In this document: piece after piece, positions 29,134-42,072 of the stretch | Layout of the letters: every line of letters starts with the position of its first letter | Numbering within the stretch: the first letter of the stretch is position 1 | Assembly (NCBI GenBank): GCA_965217895.1 | Contig: CBDCJV010000002.1 | Span: forward strand, 64,001 to 128,000 | Direction of reading: 5' to 3' | Length of the DNA stretch: 64,000 bases | DNA from: Waterburya sp. | GTDB taxonomy: Bacteria > Cyanobacteriota > Cyanobacteriia > Cyanobacteriales > Xenococcaceae | Notes under the pieces: model-generated | Databases searched by the model: none | What the model was told of the DNA's origin: nothing | The model's input: only the letters and a program-made list of their open reading frames with translations | Translations under genes and position numbers: made by a program

Positions 29134-31389
29134 ATGACTAAATCAATAAACAGTAAATCATCCAAGACTATCTTGATTGTTGATGACACTCCCAATAATT
29201 TGCAACTTTTATTTAAATACTTAAAAGATATTGGTTATAGATTATTAGTAGCCCAAAATGGAGAAAAAGCTATTAAAACTGCTTTAAATGCTCATCCTGA
29301 CTTGATTTTATTGGACGTTATGATGCCTGAGATTGATGGTTTTACTACCTGTTGTCATTTAAAAACTCATCCCGAAACTAAAGAGATTCCGATTATCTTT
29401 ATGACTGCCTTAGCAGAAACCAAGTATAAAGTACAGGGGTTTAAATCAGGCGCAGTAGATTACATAACTAAACCAATTGAGAAAGAAGAATTATTAGCAA
29501 GAATAGAAACTCACCTTTCTCTTCGGAGTTTGAATCAACGTTTAGCTAGAGACGTTGCTCAACAAAAACTGTTATTTGAAATTAGCGATCGCATTCGTCA
29601 ATCTTTAGATTTAAAATCTATCTTAGAAACCGCAACTAAAGAGATAAGATCTTTCTTAGATTGTGACTTTGTTTGGCTGGCTCGTTTAGACAACAAAAAT
29701 ATTTCTTTAGAAGCTTATTCTTCGGCTACGGATCTTGATATCGATCCTAATGCAACTATTCCCTGGGATTATCTGTGTCCCAATCAAGAAAAATATCAGC
29801 ATTATCTTCAGGGAAAGATTCAAGCTATCGAAAATTGTAATTATCTTGATGCCAACAAAACATCATTTCTCTTTGAATCTCAAGCCAAATTAATCTCACC
29901 TATTCTAATCAGTTCTCCTAAGATTGTAGATTATTGTACTGTTAATGAGCCTAATATTTTATGGGGCTGGTTAATTGCCGACCAGCTTAAATGTCGCCAA
30001 TGGCAAGTAGAAGAAATTGAACTGCTTAAAAGATTGACAACTCAGTTAGCTATTGGCATTAGACAAGGACTATTGCACCAGCAACTATCATTACAAGCCG
30101 TTATCGATCCTTTGACCCGTATCTACAATCGTCGCTATTTCAATCAACAAATGAATATCGAGTGGCGTAGACTACGGCGTAGTTCCGCGTCTATGTCTTT
30201 GATTATGTGCGATGTAGACTGTTTCAAAATCTATAACGACACTTATGGTCATCAGCAGGGAGATAAATGTCTGCAAAAAGTCGCCCAAGCACTAACTACC
30301 GTCTTAAAGAGATCCGCTGATATTTTAGCTCGTTATGGAGGAGAAGAATTTACGGTGATTCTGCCCCAAACACCTAAACATGGTGCAATTCAAGTTGCCG
30401 AAGCTATGAGGGTTGCCGTCAAACAATTAAAAATTCCTCATCTTAATTCCACCGTCACCTCTATTGTTACTATTAGCGTTGGCGTAGCTAGTACAGTACC
30501 CAACTCCAAAGATGATCCTCATTTGCTATTAGAAGCTGCCGATTTAGCCCTATATAAAGCGAAAGGGCGAGGTCGAGACTGCGTTGCTGTTTATCCAGAG
30601 GCTATATCTCATTCTAAAGATCGCCAAGAGCTTGAGCTTCGCTGGGTTCAGCGTTTGCGGTCAGCCCTCAAGCACAATTTATTTAGTCTCTATGCCCAAC
30701 CTATTACTGCCTTGGAAACAAACGACCAAAAACGATATTTTGAAATTCTTTTGCGTCTTACAGATGAAGATGGACAAGTCATTAGCCCCAATGTCTTTTT
30801 AGATATTGCCAACCGCAATTTTTTAATGCCCGATATTGATACCTGGGTAATTAATACTTTATTAGAGACTCTGGCAGCTAATAAAGATCCGACTCATTGG
30901 CAAAATCATCGCTTTGCCGTCAATCTTTCTGGTGCATCTCTTAATCAAGAATCATTTTTAGAATTTCTTTCGCAAAAACTCGTTGATTATCATCTTCCCC
31001 CTGATATATTTTGCTTTGAAATTACCGAAACTGTAGCTATTGCTGAACTTGCTAAAGTTGCCAAGTTTATTGCTTCTCTCAAAAAACTTGGCTGTAGTTT
31101 TGCCTTAGATGACTTTGGTACAGGAATGTCTTCTTTGACTTATTTGAAAAATTTGCCTGTAGATTATTTAAAAATAGATGGTTCTTTTATTAGAGAATTA
31201 AATAATGACAATTCATCAAAAGTAATGGTAGAAGCGATTAATCATATAGCCGAAGGAATTGGCTTAAAAACTGTGGCTGAATTTGTGGAAAATCAGCATA
31301 TTTTAGATACTGTCAAGGACTTGAAAATTGACTATGCACAAGGATTTCATTTAGGTCGTCCAGGAATGTTGATGAGCGTTATTGATTGA
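29134..31389 (+). CDS. REC-GAF-GGDEF-EAL diguanylate cyclase/phosphodiesterase response regulator
   Basis: VDD/LDVMMP receiver, RYGGEEF, EILLRL, DDFGTG and KIDGSF motifs. Confidence 0.93.
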   Translation: MTKSINSKSSKTILIVDDTPNNLQLLFKYLKDIGYRLLVAQNGEKAIKTALNAHPDLILLDVMMPEIDGFTTCCHLKTHPETKEIPIIFMTALAETKYKVQGFKSGAVDYITKPIEKEELLARIETHLSLRSLNQRLARDVAQQKLLFEISDRIRQSLDLKSILETATKEIRSFLDCDFVWLARLDNKNISLEAYSSATDLDIDPNATIPWDYLCPNQEKYQHYLQGKIQAIENCNYLDANKTSFLFESQAKLISPILISSPKIVDYCTVNEPNILWGWLIADQLKCRQWQVEEIELLKRLTTQLAIGIRQGLLHQQLSLQAVIDPLTRIYNRRYFNQQMNIEWRRLRRSSASMSLIMCDVDCFKIYNDTYGHQQGDKCLQKVAQALTTVLKRSADILARYGGEEFTVILPQTPKHGAIQVAEAMRVAVKQLKIPHLNSTVTSIVTISVGVASTVPNSKDDPHLLLEAADLALYKAKGRGRDCVAVYPEAISHSKDRQELELRWVQRLRSALKHNLFSLYAQPITALETNDQKRYFEILLRLTDEDGQVISPNVFLDIANRNFLMPDIDTWVINTLLETLAANKDPTHWQNHRFAVNLSGASLNQESFLEFLSQKLVDYHLPPDIFCFEITETVAIAELAKVAKFIASLKKLGCSFALDDFGTGMSSLTYLKNLPVDYLKIDGSFIRELNNDNSSKVMVEAINHIAEGIGLKTVAEFVENQHILDTVKDLKIDYAQGFHLGRPGMLMSVID

Positions 31390-31405
31390 GATTAATTTTG
31401 CCTTG

Positions 31406-31524
31406 TAAGCTGGTGTGCATTTAAACTGCATCTTTTTGAATTAGAAAACAAACCGTTAAACCCTCTCCCAGTCTCCTCGTCTCCTCGTCAATTTCAACAA
31501 GCAAATTAAACGCTCAACAGCTTA
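31406..31524. repeat. MITE-like inverted-repeat element
   Basis: TAAGCTGGTGTGCATTTAA ... TTAAACGCTCAACAGCTTA imperfect inverted ends; internal CTCCTCGT duplication. Confidence 0.5.
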
Positions 31525-31696
31525 TCTAGGCGTTTTGCCCTGCATTAACTATGTTATTGTCTGAAGCCAGTTTGGGCATTACCCAGTTAGTAACGCTTTA
31601 TAGAGTAAACTCAATAAAGTCGTCTTCAGGACAGACTAAAAATTATCTTATAGACTAAGCTCTACAAAACGTTACTTCAGGACAAACTAAAAAATA

Positions 31697-32179
31697 ATGC
31701 AATCTATCGCCTGTTTTATATTTGCTTTCATTTTTGGTAGTTTTCTTGAATACTGGGTTCACCGTTTAATGCACATCTGGCCTATATTTGGCAACAGAAT
31801 TACCGCTCACTATGGTCATCATCGCAGCAATACAACCAAAGGATTTTTGGGAGATTTTCTAGATTTTAGTCTGGTAGCCTTATTGGTATTACCAGCTTTT
31901 TTTATTTCTTTTTCGTTCGGAACTATTATGGTTTTAGGGACGATCGCTTTTGCAGCATTTGCTTCTTATGCTCATCAGATACAGCACTATAACCCTACTC
32001 AATGTTTTTGGATGAAAATGCCTATTCACTACGTTCATCATCAGAACAATCAATGGGACAGTAACTTCGGATTAGCTGTAGACTGGTGGGATCATATTTT
32101 TGGAACTTATCAGCCTGTAGAATGGCTTGCTAAGTATGAATTAAAATTAGCAAATTCAAAACATTCGAGAGTGCGATGA
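31697..32179 (+). CDS. Sterol desaturase/fatty acid hydroxylase family membrane protein
   Basis: His boxes EYWVHRLMH, HYGHH, HQIQH and HYVHH; NFGL..DWWDHIFGTY. Confidence 0.85.
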   Translation: MQSIACFIFAFIFGSFLEYWVHRLMHIWPIFGNRITAHYGHHRSNTTKGFLGDFLDFSLVALLVLPAFFISFSFGTIMVLGTIAFAAFASYAHQIQHYNPTQCFWMKMPIHYVHHQNNQWDSNFGLAVDWWDHIFGTYQPVEWLAKYELKLANSKHSRVR

Positions 32180-32199
32180 TGGTCATGCCGAGCCAGACT

Positions 32200-33258
32200 T
32201 CAAGCCGCAGTACGACGATGATCGATTAAAAAGTCAGGTTTAATTACTCCTTTTTCGGTAATAATCCCTGTAATTAAACTGGCAGGGGTGACATCAAAAG
32301 CAGGGTTGTAAAACTCTGCACCTTTAGCACAGATATCGATATCATTAATCTGATATATTTCTTGAGGATCTCTCTCTTCAATCGGGATTTGACTACCGCT
32401 AACTAAGTCAAAATCAATCGTCGAAAAGGGTGCAGCGACGTAAAAAGGCACTTGATGAGCCTGGGCAGCGATCGCCAGTGAATAGGTGCCAATCTTATTT
32501 GCAGCATCTCCATTGGCAGCAATTCGATCCGCTCCCACCACCACTAAGTCAATCATCTTTTGCTGCATACAGTGAGCAGCCATACTATCAGCGATCACCG
32601 TTACAGGAATATGCTCTTGGACACATTCCCAGGCTGTTAATTTTGCTCCCTGTAAACGAGGGCGAGTTTCGTCGGCATAAACTCTTTCCAGACGTTGTTC
32701 TCGCCAAGCAGAGCGAACAACCCCCAAAGCAGTACCATAGCCAGCAGTAGCCAGAGAACCAGCATTACAATGGGTCAAAATTTTTAGCTTCTCTGGCATT
32801 TGGGGCAAAATCGTCAAGCCATGATCGCCGATCGCCTGACAGGTTGCCAAGTCTTCAGCTTGAATTGCCTGGGCAGTTGCTAACAAGGTGATTTTTACCT
32901 CATCAACAGTGCCGATCTCTTCATAGGCGGTTCTTAACATTCGTGCGATCGCCCAAAACAAATTAACTGCTGTCGGACGAGTCTGGCGTAATGAATCGGC
33001 TACCGCTTCTAGATGTTGCAAAAATTTAGCGCGATCGCTCGTCTTAATTTCTCTTGCTCCCAAATACATTCCATAGGCTGCTGCAACCCCAATAGCTGGC
33101 GCACCTCGTACAATCATAGTTTTAATTGCCTGCGCCATATCAGAGCTACGGCTAATTTCCACCATAGTATATTCCCCGGGCAAACGAGTTTGATCGATTA
33201 ATAATACTTTGTCTTCTGACCACAAGACAGGATAAATATGATTTGCTGCTAGGTTCAT
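32200..33258 (-). CDS. mtnA: S-methyl-5-thioribose-1-phosphate isomerase
   Basis: [38 protein letters not shown] and NPAFDVTP motifs. Confidence 0.96.
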   Translation of the reverse strand: MNLAANHIYPVLWSEDKVLLIDQTRLPGEYTMVEISRSSDMAQAIKTMIVRGAPAIGVAAAYGMYLGAREIKTSDRAKFLQHLEAVADSLRQTRPTAVNLFWAIARMLRTAYEEIGTVDEVKITLLATAQAIQAEDLATCQAIGDHGLTILPQMPEKLKILTHCNAGSLATAGYGTALGVVRSAWREQRLERVYADETRPRLQGAKLTAWECVQEHIPVTVIADSMAAHCMQQKMIDLVVVGADRIAANGDAANKIGTYSLAIAAQAHQVPFYVAAPFSTIDFDLVSGSQIPIEERDPQEIYQINDIDICAKGAEFYNPAFDVTPASLITGIITEKGVIKPDFLIDHRRTAA

Positions 33259-33655
33259 AGAAACGTCAACTTATTGAATTACATTACACTTACACTGTAA
33301 ATCTTAGCTGCTTATTATTTTATATTGAACCTCTAGAAGATTTTTTGTAAAAGGATAAAATTCTTCTATTGGTTAGATATTGTTGCAGCATTCCTCGCCA
33401 GCAATTTCCACCATTTTCTTGAGTGATTAAATTAATTGGGGTATTTAAAGTAATTGAACTACCCCTCTACCTCACCATCTTTTCCATCTCCAGCATCTTT
33501 AATATTTATTTTACAAACAGTTTCTAAGTTTTTTATTTAGATGCAAATTACTAAAATTACCTTGGTGGGATAGGTTCATGACACTTTATAACTTGCTGAT
33601 AAATTTAGGCTACATAGTGTGAGATTTTTAAGATAGGCGTAAATGTGATCGATAG

Positions 33656-34633
<978 letters not shown>

Positions 34634-34935
34634 TTAGACGGCTAGTTTTTAGCGATCGCGCCAGCATAATTATGCTAAATCCTGTTGGATAGTAGGTAGT
34701 TTTCTTTGACTACAAACGGCTAACTACTTAGATGTCCTCTAAGCAAGCCTTTTATTTACATCCTTATTTCTGGTTTTAGAAAAAATTTAGTTAATGAGCT
34801 TTACAATTACACAGTTTTTCTTACAGTAAACTAAAGAAGAGATAATAAATAAAAAATAGCTTAAACCTGCCAAAGCGAATTAAAAGCTCGTAATATATAT
34901 ATTTTGGGGAACGATTCTAGGAGACCATTGCACAC

Positions 34936-37209
34936 ATGGGAAAAGTAGTCGGCATAGATTTGGGAACAACCAATTCCGTAGTAGCGGTAATGGAGGGTGG
35001 TAAACCCACAGTAATTGCCAATTCAGAAGGAATGAGAACTACCCCCTCTGTAGTTGGCTTTAATAAAGATGGAGAATTGGTAGTTGGGCAACTTGCCAGA
35101 CGGCAAAGTGTTCTCAATCCAGAGAACACTTTTTATGGTGTTAAAAGATTTGTTGGTCGTCAGTATACTGAACTGCAACCAGAGTCTAAACGAGTGCCGT
35201 ACACCATCAAGCGAGACGAGTTGGGCAACATCAAAATTCGCTGTCCTAAACTAAAAAAAGAATTTGCCCCCGAAGAAGTTTCGGCGATGATTCTACGGAA
35301 GCTAGCAGAAGAAGCAGAACGTTATCTAGGAGAAGAAATTACTGGTGCAGTAATTACCGTACCTGCTTATTTTAATGACTCCCAACGCCAAGCAACTAGA
35401 GATGCAGGGCAGATTGCAGGGTTAGAAGTACTACGCATTATCAATGAACCGACTGCTGCTGCCTTAGCTTATGGCTTAGATGAACGTCGTCCCCAAACTA
35501 TTATGGTATTTGACCTGGGGGGAGGAACATTTGATGTTTCGATTCTTGATATTGGTGAAGGCGTATTTGAAGTTAGAGCTACCAGCGGGGATACTCAACT
35601 AGGGGGAAATGACTTTGATCGCCGCATTGTAGACTGGCTAGCTGAAGAATTTCTCAAGCAGGAAGGAGTCGATCTCAGAAAAAGCGATCGCCAAGCTCTC
35701 CAAAGGCTTACAGAAGCAGCAGAAAAAGCCAAGATTGAACTATCTGGCGTATCGGTCACCGAAATCAATTTACCCTTTATCACCGCCACCGAAGATGGAC
35801 CTAAGCACATTGAAATTAAGCTAAGTCGGGCAAAGTTTGAAGAACTTTGTGGAGATTTGGTTAGTCGTCTGCGTCGTCCTCTTAAGCGGGCAATTTCTGA
35901 TGCGGGCATTGGTCCATTAGAAATTGATGAAGTAGTTCTAGTCGGTGGTTCAACCCGCATTCCCATGGTGCAGGAATTGGTTCGTAGCTACATCGATTTA
36001 GAACCCAATCAAAACGTTAACCCTGATGAAGTAGTGGCTATTGGTGCTGCCATCCAGTCGGGTATTATGACTAACGAAATCAAAGATATTCTCCTGCTAG
36101 ACGTTACGCCCCTCTCTCTTGGCTTAGAAACTATTGGGGGCGTAATGAAAAAGCTGCTGCCCCGCAATACTACTATTCCTGTCCGCCGTTCAGATATTTT
36201 TTCCACAGGTGAAAACAATCAAACAGTAGTCGAAATTCATGCCCTCCAAGGAGAACGGGAAATGGCAACTGGTAACAAATCCCTGGGCAGATTTAAGCTA
36301 ACGGGTATTCCTCCCGCCCCCAGGGGTGTACCTCAAGTTCAGGTGTCTTTTGATATTGATGCCAACGGTATTTTGCAAGTTACCGCACGGGATAAAACTA
36401 CTGGTAGAGAACAGGGAATTACGGTTTCTGGTGCTTCAACCTTGAGTAGTTCTGAGATCAAACGGATGATTGACGAGGCAGACAAATTTGCCGAGGAAGA
36501 TCGCGCTCGAAGAGAGAGAGTTGAAAAACGCAATCGCGCCAAAGCATTGACAGATCAGGCACAGAGAAAACTAAAAGAAGTAACCCTTGATTTTGGTAGT
36601 CAATTTGCTGGCTACTATCGCCGTCGCATTGATGTTTTGTGTGAAGACATCTTGAAAAGCTTAGAACAAGATGATGAACGCAATCTAGATAGGGCAGAAG
36701 CAGATTTGCAAGACACTTTGTATGAGCTAAATCGTGAGGTTAGGCTGCAATACGAAGACGAGGAGGACGATGACTTTTTAGGCGCAATTAAGAAGACATT
36801 CTTGGGAGATGACGATAAATTTGATGAGGATTATGCCTACGATCCTCGCGCCTCTGATTACTACGGTGGCAACGATAGTTATGGCTATCCCCCAGAACGT
36901 GGTGCTGCTCGTCCCAATACAGGATACGATAATTATGGTGGAGATTATGGCACGCAGCCCCGTCGTCCTGCTGCCAGATACGACGATCCTTATGAAAATA
37001 AAGGTTATGGCACGCAGCCTCGTCGCCCTGGCTATGACGATCCCTACGGCAGTTCAGACCCGTATGCACCTAAAAGAGAACCACGTAGAACTAGTCGTAG
37101 TAGTCGTGACAACCTACCGCCCCAAGACCGTTACAATGGTCGCAATGCTACCCGCAGCAATATGCCCTATGAAAATGACTGGGATGATGAGGACGATGAA
37201 TGGTTTTAA
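34936..37209 (+). CDS. dnaK: Molecular chaperone DnaK (DnaK3-type with extended C-terminal tail)
   Basis: [19 protein letters not shown] and TVPAYFND motifs; long acidic/Tyr-Arg-rich tail ending [10 protein letters not shown]; followed by dnaJ. Confidence 0.96.
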   Translation: MGKVVGIDLGTTNSVVAVMEGGKPTVIANSEGMRTTPSVVGFNKDGELVVGQLARRQSVLNPENTFYGVKRFVGRQYTELQPESKRVPYTIKRDELGNIKIRCPKLKKEFAPEEVSAMILRKLAEEAERYLGEEITGAVITVPAYFNDSQRQATRDAGQIAGLEVLRIINEPTAAALAYGLDERRPQTIMVFDLGGGTFDVSILDIGEGVFEVRATSGDTQLGGNDFDRRIVDWLAEEFLKQEGVDLRKSDRQALQRLTEAAEKAKIELSGVSVTEINLPFITATEDGPKHIEIKLSRAKFEELCGDLVSRLRRPLKRAISDAGIGPLEIDEVVLVGGSTRIPMVQELVRSYIDLEPNQNVNPDEVVAIGAAIQSGIMTNEIKDILLLDVTPLSLGLETIGGVMKKLLPRNTTIPVRRSDIFSTGENNQTVVEIHALQGEREMATGNKSLGRFKLTGIPPAPRGVPQVQVSFDIDANGILQVTARDKTTGREQGITVSGASTLSSSEIKRMIDEADKFAEEDRARRERVEKRNRAKALTDQAQRKLKEVTLDFGSQFAGYYRRRIDVLCEDILKSLEQDDERNLDRAEADLQDTLYELNREVRLQYEDEEDDDFLGAIKKTFLGDDDKFDEDYAYDPRASDYYGGNDSYGYPPERGAARPNTGYDNYGGDYGTQPRRPAARYDDPYENKGYGTQPRRPGYDDPYGSSDPYAPKREPRRTSRSSRDNLPPQDRYNGRNATRSNMPYENDWDDEDDEWF

Positions 37210-37288
37210 AAACGTTGCCGATTGAAAGTATTGGCTCAAAAGTGTTACTGTTCATAGCTATGAGCTTCAGAGCTATTAGCTATTAGCT

Positions 37289-37331
37289 AAAGACTAAGAA
37301 CTAACAACTAAGAACTAAGAACTAACAACTG
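37289..37331. repeat. Short tandem heptamer repeat (AACTAAG/AACTAAC)
   Basis: About five heptamer units between dnaK and dnaJ. Confidence 0.7.
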
Positions 37332-37336
37332 AAGAT

Positions 37337-38206
37337 ATGCCAACAGTGCGTAACTATTATGAAATGCTGGGCGTTGATAAAAATGCCCCTAGTAATGAGA
37401 TTAAGAAAGCTTATCGCACATTAGCCATTAGATATCATCCCGATCGCAATTTGGGAAATAAAGCTGCTGAAGAAAAATTTAAGGACATAAATGAGGCGTA
37501 CGAAGTACTATCAGACCAAACTAGGCGCGTACAGTACGATCAGTCTATTAGCCGTAAAAAAGGGTCTGCCTTTGGCAATTTTGGGCGGAATAATCGCGAC
37601 AATTCCAGAGGAGGCACGAGGGTAGATAGTCAAGACTATCGCCCTGAAAGAACTAAAAGAGAAAGGGTAGTACCGACCCGTCCTCAGAGTCGAGATATTG
37701 AGGCAAAATTAACCTTGGGCTTAGATGAAGCATATCGGGGAGGCAAAAGAAAGATTCGCCTCGAAGACGGTAGATCTTTAGAAGTAGAAATGCCGACTGG
37801 CATGATTGATGGGCAGCGCATTCGCCTTAAGGGGCAGGGTATTGAAGGGGGAAATCTTTATCTCAAAATTACCGTAGCACGCCATCCCTTCTTTGAGATT
37901 CAAGGAGGAAATATATATTGCCAAATTCCGATTACGCCTACAGAAGCAATTTTAGGTAGTGCGATCGAAGTTCCCACTATTGATGGCTTAGTTAAGGTTA
38001 GCGTACCTAACGGAGTGCGATCGGGTCAACGTCTGCGCTTGGCAAATAAAGGCTATTTTGATAAATCGGGTAATAGAGGCGATCAGCTAGTAGAGATTCA
38101 GATCTTTACCCCTAAAGAAATTAGCCCTGAAGAAAAAGAGCTATATGAAAAACTACGGGAATTAGAACAGTTTAATCCTCGCCAAAACATTATTAAAAAT
38201 TTATAA
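37337..38206 (+). CDS. dnaJ: DnaJ/CbpA-type co-chaperone (J domain plus C-terminal domain, no zinc finger)
   Basis: YHPDRN J-domain; C-terminal GQRIRLKGQG and VPTIDG motifs. Confidence 0.9.
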   Translation: MPTVRNYYEMLGVDKNAPSNEIKKAYRTLAIRYHPDRNLGNKAAEEKFKDINEAYEVLSDQTRRVQYDQSISRKKGSAFGNFGRNNRDNSRGGTRVDSQDYRPERTKRERVVPTRPQSRDIEAKLTLGLDEAYRGGKRKIRLEDGRSLEVEMPTGMIDGQRIRLKGQGIEGGNLYLKITVARHPFFEIQGGNIYCQIPITPTEAILGSAIEVPTIDGLVKVSVPNGVRSGQRLRLANKGYFDKSGNRGDQLVEIQIFTPKEISPEEKELYEKLRELEQFNPRQNIIKNL

Positions 38207-38359
38207 GCTGGTTAAATTGAAAAGTTTTATTTATCATCAGTATTTTTAACTATCTGTTTATCAGGCAAAAAAAGCGGGATGCAATCGCGCTATGATTAAT
38301 AATCTTGAGTTAATAAATGATAATTGTTAAACACTACAGCTAAAATGCTTGAGCGGCTA

Positions 38360-38848
38360 CTAGTCAATAAGTTGAGCAGTCTGGGCAAAATTTTGGATAA
38401 ACTCTAGATTCCAATTAGCGATGCCATATTGCTGTAAATTGACTTGTCTTCCTTGAGATGTTGAAGTAAACAACTCTATTTGTAGATAACTCTCTGGTTT
38501 AATTATAAGTCTTTCTGACCATTCGATCGCCGTAATACCAGGCGCAACTTCAATGCCTGACCAATATATCTCAGGATAAATACTATCAACCTGACTTGAT
38601 TCTAAACGATATAGATCCAAATGATATAGAGGCAAACGACCATCTAAATACTCATTGATCAAAGTAAATGTCGGACTAAGTATAGGTTCAACGATATTTA
38701 AACCTCGACCGATTCCCTGAACTAAAGTGGTCTTACCTGCGCCCAAATTACCTGAAAGTAAAATGTTGCTCCCCGCTGGCAGATGTTTACCAAGGAGATA
38801 GCCAAGATTTTGAGTATCTTGATGGCTTGATAAAAATATGGTTAACAT
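38360..38848 (-). CDS. tsaE: tRNA threonylcarbamoyladenosine biosynthesis ATPase TsaE
   Basis: GNLGAGKTT, SPTFTL, HLDLYRL and IEW motifs. Confidence 0.95.
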   Translation of the reverse strand: MLTIFLSSHQDTQNLGYLLGKHLPAGSNILLSGNLGAGKTTLVQGIGRGLNIVEPILSPTFTLINEYLDGRLPLYHLDLYRLESSQVDSIYPEIYWSGIEVAPGITAIEWSERLIIKPESYLQIELFTSTSQGRQVNLQQYGIANWNLEFIQNFAQTAQLID

Positions 38849-39148
38849 GGCTTACAAATAGGAGTCTAAAGACAAAATGACTAAAATATCCACTATGAAT
38901 TGTGATTGTTTTAGTCAAATTAAAAAGTTCATCAAAATTTTACAGTAATTAGCAGAACACAACACATTTCCTTTATATTCAGTTGATATATTTATCAATA
39001 AGCCAAGTAACTTTAAGTCGGGATAGCAGCAAACCAAGATAGATTAATTAGACTGTTTTGTATTGTTGCTCCCCTTACCTCTTTTGACCATTATCAATAT
39101 TTCTTGAGTTAGCCAGAAGTAACCTCTACAATCATAGCTTCTTAAGCG

Positions 39149-40492
39149 TTAAATTTTGGGTTGCCACTTGCCACTGTACCATCGTAATAAAACTCTAGCT
39201 AACTGACTAGAATTGTGGCGCACGTGACCGCGAATGGGATCTTCATCCATGACGTTTGCCATAACTATACGGCGGTTGAGTTCAGCAATTTCCTGACGGT
39301 CTAGATAAACTGGATGAGAATTTTCTAGGGCATAGCGTTGTAAAGATACTGTGGTGGGGGGTTTGCGATGCACCAAAACAGCATCAAATAGTTTAACCTT
39401 GCTGACGCGATCGATTTCCTTAATGTGATCGGCAACGCTGTAACCTTCGGTTTCCCCTGGTTGAGTCATAATATTGCATACATATATACGCGGAACATTA
39501 GCTTTGGCGATCGCATTTCTAATTTCAGGAACGAGAAGATTAGGAATAATGCTGGTATAAAGGCTACCTGGTCCGATAATAATATATTCTGCTTGTTGAA
39601 TTGCCCTAATCGCTGCGGGAAGAGCGGGAGGATTGGCTGGCATACAGCCAATAGTTTTAATTTTGCCCTTTGCTTCAGGGATGTTAGATTCCCCTTCAAT
39701 TATCCTGCCATCTTCCATTTCTGCCCACAAACTAACGTCACTCAGGGTAGAAGGTAAAACTTTACCGCTAATTGCCAACACTTTAGAGCTAGCAATTACA
39801 GCCTGTTCTAAGTCACCCGTAATTTTACTCATGGCGGTCAAAAACAAATTACCAAAACTATGACCAATAAGACCATCTCCCGCTTCAAAACGATACTGGA
39901 ATAGCTCGGTGAGTAATTCTTCCTCGTCTGCTAATGCGGCTATGCAGTTGCGAATGTCTCCTGGTGGCAGCACGCCGATTTCTCTTCTCAATCTGCCTGA
40001 AGAGCCTCCATCATCGGCTACTGTGACGATCGCCGTAATGTTGCTACTATACTCTTTTAAACCTCGTAACAAGGTTGACAAACCAGTCCCGCCACCTACT
40101 ACCACAATTTTGGGTCCACGGTTGAGACGACGGCGAGCGTGCAACATATCTACTAGCTTTTTATCTTTACCAACTCCTAAAACGTCTGTAATTGATTCAA
40201 CGGTGCGAGATTGCCCCAAATATAGGAGAAAGACCCCCGCAATTAAAACTATGGGTCCTGAAATATAGTTGGGAATAACGGTAGTTAAAAATTCTAAAAT
40301 TCGGGAAACAAAAGATAAAATGCGATAAATTGGCGTTAGCTTACTCCAAATAGCAGTACCAACCACAGCTAAACAAAAACCGCCAGCACTCAACAACAGC
40401 CAGCGTTTGATAAATAATCCAGGTGCCAGCCACTTAAAGACTTGATTTCTGCTGCGAATATTCTTCTTGATTGGAGAAGATGAGTTTTTCAT
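39149..40492 (-). CDS. yvcK: YvcK/CofD-like gluconeogenesis factor with N-terminal membrane region
   Basis: [36 protein letters not shown] and NIMTQPGET motifs. Confidence 0.9.
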   Translation of the reverse strand: MKNSSSPIKKNIRSRNQVFKWLAPGLFIKRWLLLSAGGFCLAVVGTAIWSKLTPIYRILSFVSRILEFLTTVIPNYISGPIVLIAGVFLLYLGQSRTVESITDVLGVGKDKKLVDMLHARRRLNRGPKIVVVGGGTGLSTLLRGLKEYSSNITAIVTVADDGGSSGRLRREIGVLPPGDIRNCIAALADEEELLTELFQYRFEAGDGLIGHSFGNLFLTAMSKITGDLEQAVIASSKVLAISGKVLPSTLSDVSLWAEMEDGRIIEGESNIPEAKGKIKTIGCMPANPPALPAAIRAIQQAEYIIIGPGSLYTSIIPNLLVPEIRNAIAKANVPRIYVCNIMTQPGETEGYSVADHIKEIDRVSKVKLFDAVLVHRKPPTTVSLQRYALENSHPVYLDRQEIAELNRRIVMANVMDEDPIRGHVRHNSSQLARVLLRWYSGKWQPKI

Positions 40493-40646
40493 CTCAGTTT
40501 GGGGATATTATTTATTTACCAAGCCAGAGTAGTTATCATAAACAAACATAAACGATTTAGCTTGAAACGACCTAAGAGATTGAAATAACTATTAACACCT
40601 CAATGATTGCCAAGCTAAGAATTGCCAGATTTATCTACCCCAGCCA

Positions 40647-41150
40647 GTGACAGAAATCAAAATATTAGGATTAGATCCAGGCATAGCTACATTGGGATTT
40701 GGCACAATTATTTGTCAACAATCGAGCAAAATTGATTCTACCTCAGTCAAGTTAGATGATTTTGGGATCATTAAAACTCAGGCAAAAACTCCTTTGGGCG
40801 ATCGCCTTTGTATTATATATGATGATCTTCATACTTTAGTCAATGAGATCGAACCCGATTTAGTGGCGATCGAAAAATTGTTTTTTTATCGGATGAGTCA
40901 TACGATTACCGTGGCTCAAGCAAGAGGAGTATTAATGCTCGTCTTGGGTCAGGCTGGTCTTCCCTATGTAGAGTTTGCCCCACCAGAAATTAAGCAGGCT
41001 CTAACAGGATACGGTAACGCTGCCAAAATAGAGGTTCAAGAAGCTGTTGCCAGAGAATTATCCCTTGACTTTATTCCTCGTCCTGACGATGCTGCTGATG
41101 CCTTAGCGATCGCTATAACCGCTTGGTTTCATCAAAATACTAATCATTAA
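40647..41150 (+). CDS. ruvC: Holliday junction resolvase RuvC
   Basis: LGLDPG, AIEKLFF, QARGV and [11 protein letters not shown] motifs. Confidence 0.96.
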   Translation: MTEIKILGLDPGIATLGFGTIICQQSSKIDSTSVKLDDFGIIKTQAKTPLGDRLCIIYDDLHTLVNEIEPDLVAIEKLFFYRMSHTITVAQARGVLMLVLGQAGLPYVEFAPPEIKQALTGYGNAAKIEVQEAVARELSLDFIPRPDDAADALAIAITAWFHQNTNH

Positions 41151-41166
41151 TTTTGAGAACTTTACT

Positions 41167-42072
41167 TTAGTGAATGCCACATCCTGCCTGAGCAATTTTT
41201 TGAGACTGAGGATCTGAGGTAAATTTTAAAACCGCTGCAAAAGCCTCCTTAGCAGTAGCCGGCTGTTTAAGTTGACAGTAAATAACTCCTTGATATAGCC
41301 AACTCATTATTTTTTGCTCTGGGGCTAAGTTACTAAGCTGTACAATCTGTTCAAAGATTTCAATTGCCTGATTATATTTACCCAAATTATAGAGAGAAAT
41401 GCCTTTTCCCTCTTGAGCCGATATATAGTCAGGAGAGTTTTTTAGAGCTTGATTAAAAGCGGTTAGTGCTGGTGAATATTGATTGAGTTTGAGCAGGCTG
41501 TGACCTTTTTGATTAAAGGCGATCGCTAAATTATGCTTTGCGGTTGAATTTTGAGACTGATATTCTGTAGCTAAGGCGATCGCCTTTTCACTCGCCCCGA
41601 TTGCTTTTTCATACTCTTGAAGTTGGGATAAAACTCGACTTTTATTGAGCCAAAAAGTTGTTTCTTTGCCATTAAGAGCAGTAGCTTGTTCAAAAGCTAC
41701 TAATGCTTTTTTGTACTGTTTTAAATAATACAAAGCCTCCCCCTGACAGTTCCATCCCAAATCAGCTTTTGGCTCGATTAAAATAGCTGTAGAGCAGGAA
41801 TTTAACATTTTTTGATACTGATTTAGACCCATAAAAGCATAGCCACGATTGACCCATATAGAATGTCTTTGCCCTACCATCGTTGGCAATAACTTGTCAT
41901 AAGCATCGATCGCCAAAGAATATTGCTTTAGGTTTAGTAAATTGTTAGCCTGTCGAAATTGTTGAATATAAGCATACTTATCAATTAATTTAAAACTCAG
42001 CCAGCCAAGACTGCCAAAACAAAGCACTAGCAAAATAACTTTAAGAAAATTAGCTTGATTATTAGACTTCAC
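41167..42072 (-). CDS. Membrane-anchored TPR protein
   Basis: N-terminal hydrophobic helix followed by multiple TPR units. Confidence 0.85.
   Translation of the reverse strand: MKSNNQANFLKVILLVLCFGSLGWLSFKLIDKYAYIQQFRQANNLLNLKQYSLAIDAYDKLLPTMVGQRHSIWVNRGYAFMGLNQYQKMLNSCSTAILIEPKADLGWNCQGEALYYLKQYKKALVAFEQATALNGKETTFWLNKSRVLSQLQEYEKAIGASEKAIALATEYQSQNSTAKHNLAIAFNQKGHSLLKLNQYSPALTAFNQALKNSPDYISAQEGKGISLYNLGKYNQAIEIFEQIVQLSNLAPEQKIMSWLYQGVIYCQLKQPATAKEAFAAVLKFTSDPQSQKIAQAGCGIH

Noticed and set aside
29560..30080. GAF domain as a cyanobacteriochrome photosensor
   Set aside because: Cys residues are present, but I could not identify the canonical chromophore-binding CH/CY motif in the expected position.
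34917..37225. Antisense and alternate-frame ORFs within dnaK
   Set aside because: Typical shadow ORFs of dnaK with no independent coding evidence.
40647..41150. RuvC as a Cas12/TnpB-related nuclease
   Set aside because: A 167-aa canonical Holliday junction resolvase in a housekeeping context.
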